Below, in pieces: positions 53,801 to 64,000 of a DNA stretch of 64,000 nucleotides. The stretch is taken from assembly GCA_964016885.1 (NCBI GenBank), contig OZ024741.1, positions 262,756,001 to 262,820,000 on the forward strand. The letters are read 5' to 3'. Origin of the DNA: Eledone cirrhosa (Eukaryota). Within the stretch, counting starts at the first letter, position 1, and the number at the start of each line of letters is the position of its first letter. Both the position numbers and the translations under genes were made by a program. The notes beneath the pieces are model-generated. The model did not search any database. It was given only the letters and a program-made list of their open reading frames with translations, and had not been told where the DNA came from.

Positions 53801-54900
53801 TTTTGACTTACGGGTGTTTCGGCTTACGAGTGTTTTGACTTACGAGTGTTTTGACTTAAGGGTGTTTCGACTTACGAGTATTTTTGGCTTACGAGTGTTT
53901 CGACTTACGAGTGTTTTGACTTACGAGTCTTCTGATTTACGGATGTTTCGACATACGAGTGTTTCGACTTTTGAGTGTTTCGACTTATGAGTGTTTCGAC
54001 TTACGAGTGTTTCGACTTACGAGTGTTTCGGCTTATGATTGTTTCGACTTACGAGTGTTTTGACTTACGGTGTTTCAGCTTACGAGTGTTTCGACTTACG
54101 AGTGTTTTGACTTACGGGTGTTTTGACATACGAGTGTTTCGATACGAGTGTTCTGACTTACGAGTGTTCTGACTTACGAGTGTTTTGACTTACGAGTGTT
54201 CTGACTTACGAGTGTTCCGACTTACGAGTGTTCCGACTTACGAGTGTTTCGGCTTACGGGTGTTTCCTGCTTACGAGTGTTTCGACTTACGAGTGTTTTG
54301 ACTTACGGTGTTTCGGCTTACGAGTGATTCGACTTACGAGTGTTTTGACTTACGGTTGTTTTGACTTACGGGTGTTGTGAATTACGAGTGTTCCGATTTA
54401 CGAGTGTTTTGACTTACGGAGTTTCGGCTTACGAGTGATTCGACTTACGAATGTTTTGACTTACTGGTGTTTCGGCTTGCGAGTGTTTCGACTTACGAGT
54501 GTTTCGGCTTATGAGTGTTTCGACTTACTAATGTTTTTACTTACGAGTGTTCTGACTTACGAGTGTTCCGACTTACGAGTGTTCCGACTTACGAGTGTTT
54601 CGGCTTACGAGTGTTTCCGGCTTACGAGTGTTTCGACTTACGAGTGTTTCGACTTACGAGTGTTTTGACTTACGGTGTTTCGACTTACGAGTGATTCGAC
54701 TTACGAGTGTTTTGACTTACGGGTGTTTTGACTTACGGGTGTTGTGAATTACGAGTGTTCCGATTTACGAGTGTTTTGACTTTCTGTGTTTCGGCTTACG
54801 AGTGATTCGACTTACGAATGTTTTGACTTACGGGTGTTTCGGCTTGCTAGTGTTTCGACTTACGAGTGTTTCGGCTTATGAGTGTTTCGACTTACTACTG
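35900..54900 (+). repeat. Nested block duplications at offsets 8020 (about 35.9-38.8 kb vs 43.9-46.8 kb) and 13318 (about 35.9-41.6 kb vs 49.2-54.9 kb)
   Basis: ORF-track pairs 36082/44102/49400, 38493/46513/51811, 39181/52499, 40256/53574 and 41117/54435. Boundaries are approximate. Confidence 0.85.
41875..52110 (+). repeat. ~4.9-kb block duplicated at offset 5298-5299 (about 41875-46810 and 47174-52110)
   Basis: ORF-track pairs 41980/47279, 42576/47874, 44741/50039 and 46513/51811. Shared markers are GTTTAGAC, TTACGCGT, TTACCGGT and GGCTTACGTGTGTTTCCGG. Confidence 0.88.
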
Positions 54901-55309
54901 TTTTTACTTACGAGTGTTTCGGCGTACGAGTGTTTTGACTTACGAGTGTTTCGACTTACGAGTGTTTCGGCTTATGAGTGTTTCGACTTACTACTGTTTT
55001 TACTTACGAGTGTTTCGGCGTACGAGTGTTTTGACTTACGAGTGTTTCGGCTTACGAGTGATTCGACTTACGAATGTTTTGACTTACGGGTGTTTCGGCT
55101 TGCTAGTGTTTCGACTTACGAGTGTTTCGGCTTATGAGTGTTTCGACTTACTAATGTTTTTACTTACGAGTGTTTCGGTGTACGAATGTTTTGACTTAAG
55201 GATGTTTCGACTTACGAGTGTTTCGACTTACGAGTGTTTCGGCTTACGTGAGTTTCGACTTAAGAGTGTTCTGATTTACGAGTGTTCTGACTTGCGGGTG
55301 TTCTGATTT

Positions 55310-58300
55310 ACGAGTGTTCCGACTTACGAGTGTTTCGGCTTATGAGTCTTTCGACTTACGAGTGTTTCGGCTTACGAGTGTTTCGACTTATGGGTGTTTC
55401 GACTTACGAGTGTTTTTACTTACGGTGTTTCGGCTTACGAGTGTTTCGACATACGAGTGTTTTGACTTACGGGTGTTTCGGCTTACGAGTGTTTCGACTT
55501 ACGAGTGTTTCGGCTTACGAGTGTTTCGACTTACTAATGTTTTTACTTACGAGTGTTTCGGCGTACGAGAGTTTTGACTTACGAGTGTTTCGACTTACGA
55601 GTGTTTTGACTTACGAATGTTTTGACTTACGGGTGTTTCGGCTTATGAGTGTTTCGACTTACGAGTCTTTCGGTTTACGAGTGTTTCGACTTACTAATGT
55701 TTTTACTTACGAGTGTTTCGGCGTACGACTGTTTCGACTTACGAGTGTTTCGACTTACGGGTGTTTTGACTTACGGGTGTTTCGGCTTACGAGTGTTTCG
55801 ACTTACGAGTGTTTCGACTTACGAGTATTTTTGGCTTACGAGTGTTTCGACTTACGAGTGTTTTGACTTACGAGTGTTCTGATTTACGGATGTTTCGACA
55901 TACGAGTGTTTCGACTTACGAGTGTTTCGACTTATGAGTGTTTCGACTTACGAGTGTTTCGGCTTACGAGTGTTTCGACTTACGAGTGTTTTGACTCACG
56001 GTGTTTCGGCTTACGAGTGATTCGACTTACGAGTGTTTTGACTTACGGGTGATTTGACTTACGGGTGTTGTGAATTACGAGTGTTCCGATTTACGAGTGT
56101 TTTGACTTACGATGTTTCGGCTTACGAGTGATTCGACTTACGAATGTTTTGACTTACGGGTGTTTCGGCTTGCGAGTGTTTCGACTTACGAGTGTTTCGG
56201 CTTATGGGTGTTTCGACTTACTAATGTTTTTACTTACGAGTGTTTCGGCGTACGAGTGTTTTGACTTACGAGTGTTTCGACTTACGATTGTTTCGACTTA
56301 CGAGTGTTTCGGCTTACGTGAGTTTCGACTTAAGAGTGTTCTGATTTACGAGTGTTCTGACTTGCGGGTGTTCTGATTTACGAGTGTTCCGACTTACGAG
56401 TGTTTCGGCTTATTAGTGTTTCGACTTACGAGTGTTTCGGCTTACGAGTGTTTCGACTTATGGGTGTTTCGACTTACGAGTGTTTTTAATTACGGTGTTT
56501 CGGCTTACGAGTGTTTCGACATACGAGTGTTTTGACTTGCGGGTGTTTCGACTTACGAGTGTTTTGACTTACGAATGTTTTGACTTACGGGTGTTTCGGC
56601 TTACGAGTGTTTCGACTTACGAGTGTTTCGGCTTACGAGTGTTTCGACTTACTAATGTTCTTACTTACGAGTGTTTCGGCGTACGAGAGTTTTGACTTAC
56701 GAGTGTTTCGACTTACGAGTGTTTCGACTTACGAGTGTTTTGACTTACGAATGTTTTGACTTACGGGTGTTTCGGCTTACGAGTGTTTCGACTTACGAGT
56801 CTTTCGGCTTACGAGTGTTTCGACTTACTAATGTTTTTACTTACGAGTGTTTGGGCGTACGAGTGTTTCGACTTCCGAGTGTTTCGACTTACGGGTGTTT
56901 TGACTTACGGGTGTTTCGGCTTACGAGTGTTTTGACTTACGAGTGTTTTGACTTAAGGGTGTTTCGACTTACGAGTATTTTTGGCTTACGAGTGTTTCGA
57001 CTTACGAGTGTTTTGACTTACGAGTGTTCTGATTTACGGATGTTTCGACATACGAGTGTTTCGACTTACGAGTGTTTCGACTTATGAGTGTTTCGACTTA
57101 CGAGTGTTTCGGCTTATGAGTGTTTCGACTTACGAGTGCTTCGGCTTACGAGTGTTTCGACTTACGAGTATTTCGGCTTAAGAGTGTTTCGACGTACGAA
57201 TGTTTTGGCTTACGAGTGTTTCGGCTTATGAGTGTTTCGGCTTACGAGTGTTTCGACTTACGAGTGTTTCGGCTTACGAGTGTTTCAGTGTTTCGGCTTA
57301 CGTGTGTTTCGACTTACGAGTGTTTCGACTTACGACTGTTTCGGCTTACGAGTGTTTCGGCTTACGAGTGTTTCGGCTTACGAGTGTTTTGACTTACGAG
57401 TGTTTTGACTTACGATTGTTTGGCTTACGAGTGTTCTCACTTACGGGTGTTCTGACTTACGAGTGTTCCGACTTACGAGTGTTTCGGCTTATGAGTCTTT
57501 CGACTTACGAGTGTTTCGGCTTACGAGTGTTTCGACTTATGGGTGTTTCGACTTACGAGTGTTTTTACTTACGGTGTTTCGGCTTACGAGTGTTTCGACA
57601 TACGAGTGTTTTGACTTACGGGTGTTTCGGCTTACGAGTGTTTCGACTTACGAGTGTTTCGGCTTACGAGTGTTTCGACTTACTAATGTTTTTACTTACG
57701 AGTGTTTCGGCGTACGAGAGTTTTGACTTACGAGTGTTTCGACTTACGAGTGTTTTGACTTACGAATGTTTTGACTTACGGGTGTTTCGGCTTATGAGTG
57801 TTTCGACTTACGAGTCTTTCGGTTTACGAGTGTTTCGACTTACTAATGTTTTTACTTACGAGTGTTTCGGCGTACGACTGTTTCGACTTACGAGTGTTTC
57901 GACTTACGGGTGTTTTGACTTACGGGTGTTTCGGCTTACGAGTGTTTCGACTTACGAGTGTTTCGACTTACGAGTATTTTTGGCTTACGAGTGTTTCGAC
58001 TTACGAGTGTTTTGACTTACGAGTGTTCTGATTTACGGATGTTTCGACATACGAGTGTTTCGACTTACGAGTGTTTCGACTTATGAGTGTTTCGACTTAC
58101 GAGTGTTTCGGCTTACGAGTGTTTCGACTTACGAGTGTTTTGACTCACGGTGTTTCGGCTTACGAGTGATTCGACTTACGAGTGTTTTGACTTACGGGTG
58201 ATTTGACTTACGGGTGTTGTGAATTACGAGTGTTCCGATTTACGAGTGTTTTGACTTACGATGTTTCGGCTTACGAGTGATTCGACTTACGAATGTTTTG

Positions 58301-59640
58301 ACTTACGGGTGTTTCGGCTTGCGAGTGTTTCGACTTACGAGTGTTTCGGCTTATGGGTGTTTCGACTTACTAATGTTTTTACTTACGAGTGTTTCGGCGT
58401 ACGAGTGTTTTGACTTACGAGTGTTTCGACTTACGATTGTTTCGACTTACGAGTGTTTCGGCTTACGTGAGTTTCGACTTAAGAGTGTTCTGATTTACGA
58501 GTGTTCTGACTTGCGGGTGTTCTGATTTACGAGTGTTCCGACTTACGAGTGTTTCGGCTTATTAGTGTTTCGACTTACGAGTGTTTCGGCTTACGAGTGT
58601 TTCGACTTATGGGTGTTTCGACTTACGAGTGTTTTTAATTACGGTGTTTCGGCTTACGAGTGTTTCGACATACGAGTGTTTTGACTTGCGGGTGTTTCGA
58701 CTTACGAGTGTTTTGACTTACGAATGTTTTGACTTACGGGTGTTTCGGCTTACGAGTGTTTCGACTTACGAGTGTTTCGGCTTACGAGTGTTTCGACTTA
58801 CTAATGTTCTTACTTACGAGTGTTTCGGCGTACGAGAGTTTTGACTTACGAGTGTTTCGACTTACGAGTGTTTCGACTTACGAGTGTTTTGACTTACGAA
58901 TGTTTTGACTTACGGGTGTTTCGGCTTACGAGTGTTTCGACTTACGAGTCTTTCGGCTTACGAGTGTTTCGACTTACTAATGTTTTTACTTACGAGTGTT
59001 TGGGCGTACGAGTGTTTCGACTTCCGAGTGTTTCGACTTACGGGTGTTTTGACTTACGGGTGTTTCGGCTTACGAGTGTTTTGACTTACGAGTGTTTTGA
59101 CTTAAGGGTGTTTCGACTTACGAGTATTTTTGGCTTACGAGTGTTTCGACTTACGAGTGTTTTGACTTACGAGTGTTCTGATTTACGGATGTTTCGACAT
59201 ACGAGTGTTTCGACTTACGAGTGTTTCGACTTATGAGTGTTTCGACTTACGAGTGTTTCGGCTTATGAGTGTTTCGACTTGCGAGTGCTTCGGCTTACGA
59301 GTGTTTCGACTTACGAGTATTTCGGCTTAAGAGTGTTTCGACGTACGAATGTTTTGGCTTACGAGTGTTTCGGCGTATGAGTGTTTCGGCTTACGAGTGT
59401 TTCGACTTACGAGTGTTTCGGCTTACGAGTGTTTCAGTGTTTCGGCTTACGTGTGTTTCGACTTACGAGTGTTTCGACTTACGACTGTTTCGGCTTACGA
59501 GTGTTTCGGCTTACGAGTGTTTCGGCTTACGAGTGTTTTGACTTACGAGTGTTTTGACTTACGATTGTTTGGCTTACGAGTGTTCTGACTTACGGGTGTT
59601 CTGACTTACGAGTGTTCCGACTTACGAGTGTTTCGGCTTA
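55310..59640 (+). repeat. 2149-bp tandem higher-order duplication (about 55310-57458 and 57459-59607)
   Basis: ORF-track pairs 55314/57463, 56128/58277, 56671/58820 and 57120/59269. Private shared variants are TTTTTAATTACG (about 56483/58632) and TTTGGGCGTACG (about 56850/59000). Confidence 0.92.
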
Positions 59641-62600
59641 TGAGGGTTTCGACTTACGAGTGCTTCGGCTTACGAGTGTTTCGACTTACGAGTGTTTCGG
59701 ATTACGAGTGTTTCGACCTACGAGTGTTTCGACTTACGAGTGTTTTGACTTACGGTGTTTCGGCTTACGAGTGTTTCGACATACGAGTGTTTTGACGTAC
59801 GGGTGTTTCGACTTACGGGTCTTTCGACTTAAGAGTGTTTCGACTTACGAGCGCTTCGACTTACGAGTGTTTCGACTTACGAGTGTTTCGGCGTATGAGT
59901 GTTTTGACTTACGAGTGTTTCGACTTACGAGTGTTTCGACTTACGAGTGTTTCGAATTACGAGTGTTTCGACTTACGAGTGTTTTGACTTACGAGTGTTT
60001 TGACTTACGGTGTTTCTGCTTACGAGTGTTTCGACTAACGAGTGTTATGACTTACGGGTGTTTTCACATACGAGTGTTTCGACTTACGAGTGTTTTGACT
60101 TACGGGTGTTTTGACATACGAGTGTTTCGATACGAGTGTTCTGACTTACGAGTGTTCTGACTTACGAGTGTTCTGACTTACGAGTGTTTCGACATACGAG
60201 GGTTTTGACTTACGGGTGTTTCGACTTACGAGTGTTTTCACTTACGAATGATTTGACTTACGGGTGTTTCGGCTTACGAGTGTTTCGACTTACGAGTGTT
60301 TCGGCTTACGAGTGTTTCGACTTACTAATATTTTTACTTACGAGTGTTTCGGCGTACGAGAGTTTTGACTTACGAGTGTTTCGACTTACGAGTGTTTCAA
60401 CTTACGAGTATTTTGACTTACGAATGTTTCGACTTACGGGTGTTTCGGCTTACGAGTGTTTCGACTTACGAGTCTTTCGGCTTACGAGTGTTTCGACTTA
60501 CTAATGTTTTTACTTACGAGTGTTTCGGCGTACGAGTGTTTCGACTTCCGAGTGTTTCGACTTACGGGTGTTTTGACTTACGGGTGTTTCGGCTTACGAG
60601 TGTTTTGACTTACGAGTGTTTTGACTTAAGGGTGTTTCGACTTACGAGTATTTTTGGCTTACGAGTGTTTCGACTTACGAGTGTTTTGACTTACGAGTGT
60701 TCTGATTTACGGATGTTTCGACATACGAGTGTTTCGACTTTTGAGTGTTTCGACTTATGAGTGTTTCGACTTACGAGTGTTTTGACTTACGGTGTTTCAG
60801 CTTACGAGTGTTTCGACTTACGAGTGTTTTGACTTACGGGTGTTTTGACATACGAGTGTTTCGATACGAGTGTTCTGACTTACGAGTGTTCTGACTTACG
60901 AGTGTTTTGACTTACGAGTGTTCTGACTTACGAGTGTTCCGACTTACGAGTGTTCCGACTTACGAGTGTTTCGGCTTACGGGTGTTTCCTGCTTACGAGT
61001 GTTTCGACTTACGAGTGTTTTGACTTACGGTGTTTCGGCTTACGAGTGATTCGACTTACGAGTGTTTCGGCTTACGAGTGTTTCCGGCTTACGAGTGTTT
61101 CGACTTACGAGTGTTTCGACTTACGAGTGTTTTGACTTACGGTGTTTCGACTTACGAGTGATTCGACTTACGAGTGTTTTGACTTACGGTTGTTTTGACT
61201 TACGGGTGTTGTGAATTACGAGTGTTCCGATTTACGAGTGTTTTGACTTACGGAGTTTCGGCTTACGAGTGATTCGACTTACGAATGTTTTGACTTACGG
61301 GTGTTTCGGCTTGCGAGTGTTTCGACTTACGAGTGTTTCGGCTTATGAGTGTTTCGACTTACTAATGTTTTTACTTACGAGTGTTCTGACTTACGAGTGT
61401 TCCGACTTACGAGTGTTCCGACTTACGAGTGTTTCGGCTTACGAGTGTTTCCGGCTTACGAGTGTTTCGACTTACGAGTGTTTCGACTTACGAGTGTTTT
61501 GACTTACGGTGTTTCGACTTACGAGTGATTCGACTTACGAGTGTTTTGACTTACGGGTGTTTTGACTTACGGGTGTTGTGAATTACGAGTTTTCCGATTT
61601 ACGAGTGTTTTGACTTTCTGTGTTTCGGCTTACGAGTGATTCGACTTACGAATGTTTTGACTTACGGGTGTTTCGGCTTGCTAGTGTTTCGACTTACGAG
61701 TGTTTCGGCTTATGAGTGTTTCGACTTACTACTGTTTTTACTTACGAGTGTTTCGGCGTACGAGTGTTTTGACTTACGAGTGTTTCGACTTACGAGTGTT
61801 TCGAATTACGAGTGTTTCGGCTTACGTGAGTTTCGACTTAAGAGTGTTCTGATTTACGAGTGTTCTGACTTGCGGGTGTTCTGATTTACGAGTGTTCCGA
61901 CTTACGAGTGTTTCGGCTTATGAGTGTTTCGACTTACGAGTGTTTCGGCTTACGAGTGTTTCGACTTATGGGTGTTTCGACATACGAGTGTTTTGACTTA
62001 CGGGTGTTTCGACTTACGAGTGTTTTGACTTACGAATGTTTTGACTTACGGGTGTTTCGGCTTACGAGTGTTTCGACTTACGAGTGTTTCGGCTTACGAG
62101 TGTTTCGACTTACTAATGTTCTTACTTACGAGTGTTTCGGCGTACGAGAGTTTTGACTTACGAGTGTTTCGACTTACGAGTGTTTCGACTTACGAGTGTT
62201 TTGACTTACGAAAGTTTTGACTTACGGGTGTTTCGGCTTACGAGTGTTTCGACTTACGAGTCTTTCGGCTTACGAGTGTTTCGGCGTACGAGTGTTTCGA
62301 CTTACGAGTGTTTCGGCTTACAGGTGTTTTGACTTACGGGTGTTTCGGCTTACGAGTGTTTCGGCTTATGATTGTTTCGACTTACGAGTGTTTTGACTTA
62401 CGGTGTTTCAGCTTACGAGTGTTTCGACTTACGAGTGTTTTGACTTACGGGTGTTTTGACATACGAGTGTTTCGATACGTGTGTTCTGACTTACGAGTGT
62501 TCTGACTTACGAGTGTTTTGACTTACGAGTGTTCTGACTTACGAGTGTTCCGACTTACGAGTGTTCCGACTTACGAGTGTTTCGGCTTACGGGTGTTTCC

Positions 62601-64000
62601 TGCTTACGAGTGTTTCGACTTACGAGTGTTTTGACTTACGGTGTTTCGGCTTACGAGTGTTTCGGCTTACGAGTGATTCGACTTACGAATGTTTTGACTT
62701 ACGGGTGTTTCGGCTTGCGAGTGTTTCGACTTACGAGTGTTTCGGCTTATGAGTGTTTCGACTTACTAATGTTTTTACTTACGAGTGTTCTGACTTACGA
62801 GTGTTCCGACTTACGAGTGTTCCGACTTACGAGTGTTTCGGCTTACGAGTGTTTCCGGCTTACGAGTGTTTCTACTTACGAGTGTTTCGACTTACAAGTG
62901 TTTTGACTTACGGTGTTTCGACTTACGAGTGATTCGACTTACGAGTGTTTTGACTTACGGCTGTTTTGACTTACGGGTGTTGTGAATTACGAGTGTTCCG
63001 ATTTACGAGTATTTTGACTTACGGTGTTTCGGCTTACGAGTGATTCGACTTACGAATGTTTTGACTTAAGGGTGTTTCGACTTACTAATGTTTTTACTTA
63101 CGAGTGTTCTGACTTACGAGTGTTCTGACTTACGAGTGTTCTGACTTACGAGTGTTCTGATTTACGAGTGTTCCGACTTACGAGTGTTTCGGCTTACGAG
63201 TGTTTCGGCTTACGAGTGTTTCGACTTACGAGTGTTTCGACTTATGAGTGTTTCGACTTACGAGTGTTTCGGCTTACGAGTGTTCCGATTTACGAGTGTT
63301 TTGACTTACGATGTTTCGGCTTACGAGTGATTTGACTTACGAATGTTTTGACTTACGGGTGTTTCGGCTTGCGAGTGTTTCGACTTACGAGTGTTTCGGC
63401 TTATGGGTGTTTCGACTTACTAATGTTTTTACTTACGAGTGTTTCGGCGTACGAGTGTTTTGACTTACGAGTGTTTCGACTTACGAGTGTTTCGGCTTAC
63501 GTGAGTTTCGACTTAAGAGTGTTCTGATTTACGAGTGTTCTGACTTGCGGGTGTTCTGATTTACGAGTGTTCCGACTTACGAGTGTTTCGGCTTATTAGT
63601 GTTTCGACTTACGAGTGTTTCGGCTTACGAGTGTTTCGACTTATGGGTGTTTCGAATTACGAGTGTTTTTACTTACGGTGTTTCGGCTTACGAGTGTTTC
63701 GACATACGAGTGTTTTGACTTACGGGAGTTTCGACTTACGAGTGTTTTGACTTACGAATGTTTTGACTTACGGGTGTTTCGGCTTACGAGTGTTTCGACT
63801 TACGAGTGTTTCGGCTTACGAGTGTTTCGACTTACTAATGTTCTTACTTACGAGTGTTTCGGCGTACGAGAGTTTTGACTTACGAGTGTTTCGACTTACG
63901 AGTGTTTCGACTTACGAGTGTTTTGACTTACGAATGTTTTGACTTACGGGTGTTTCGGCTTACGAGTGTTTCGACTTACGAGTCTTTCGGCTTACGAGTG

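Larger units (their letters stand above)
1..64000 (+). repeat. Satellite / long tandem array of a 16-bp monomer, consensus GACTTACGAGTGTTTC (about 4,000 copies), extending beyond both window edges
   Basis: Directly visible throughout, in one orientation with no inversion seen. Common variants are GGC for GAC, TTTT/TTCT/TTCC for TTTC, CGGG for CGAG, TATG for TACG and CATA for CTTA. Length variants of 14, 15 and 17 bp occur. Confidence 0.99.

Noticed and set aside
15-63878. All listed + strand ORFs (60-271 aa) as protein-coding genes
   Set aside because: They are translations of the 16-bp repeat, giving the same peptide in all three frames. They overlap one another, many use alternative starts, and stops appear wherever a C>T variant falls. 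There is no domain or codon-level signal.
1-64000. CRISPR array
   Set aside because: Repeats are directly adjacent with no unique spacers. The only interruption is the same 69-mer five times, and there are no cas genes or leader.
1-64000. Telomerase-made telomeric tract (G/T-rich strand; occasional ACGGATGT and GGTGTACG words resemble long yeast telomere repeats)
   Set aside because: Variant patterns are copied in kb-scale blocks, which indicates recombination or replication-based amplification rather than templated addition. The consensus lacks G-runs, and the yeast-like words are minor variants. A subtelomeric location is not excluded.
1-64000. Pure sequencing or assembly artefact, or synthetic concatemer
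   Set aside because: Hierarchically shared variants, private substitutions between duplicate blocks and diverged interruption copies point to real evolutionary history. The exact copy number of the youngest blocks still needs read confirmation.
1-64000. A single fixed-length higher-order repeat
   Set aside because: Block offsets differ along the window (2007, 2149, 2284, 4064, 5298, 5898, 6067, 8020, 13318), and no one period persists.

Overview
The whole 64 kb window is one head-to-tail, single-orientation satellite array of a 16-bp monomer (consensus GACTTACGAGTGTTTC, about 4,000 copies by length). I found no supportable genes, RNA genes, intact mobile elements or CRISPR arrays. The listed ORFs are artefacts: the consensus has no stop on the + strand and has TAA on the - strand. 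Structure is hierarchical. The monomer has two related CGA-centred halves. Fixed 'phrases' of variant monomers recur at about 160-190 and 367 bp. Near-identical blocks are duplicated at offsets of about 2.0, 2.15, 2.28, 4.06, 5.3, 5.9, 6.07, 8.02 and 13.3 kb. The only non-monomer DNA is a 69-bp AT-rich interruption, present five times between 11 and 30 kb at the same position in the monomer. The best leads, all inference, are three. (i) The monomer resembles a CENP-B box shortened by 2 nt and pogo/Tigger-type terminal motifs, so it may be a transposon-derived array of protein-binding sites. (ii) Common variants are strand-biased (C>T and A>G on +). (iii) Each monomer carries a small ACT-TACG-AGT hairpin. 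The window is most likely eukaryotic heterochromatic satellite, but the organism cannot be determined from the sequence.
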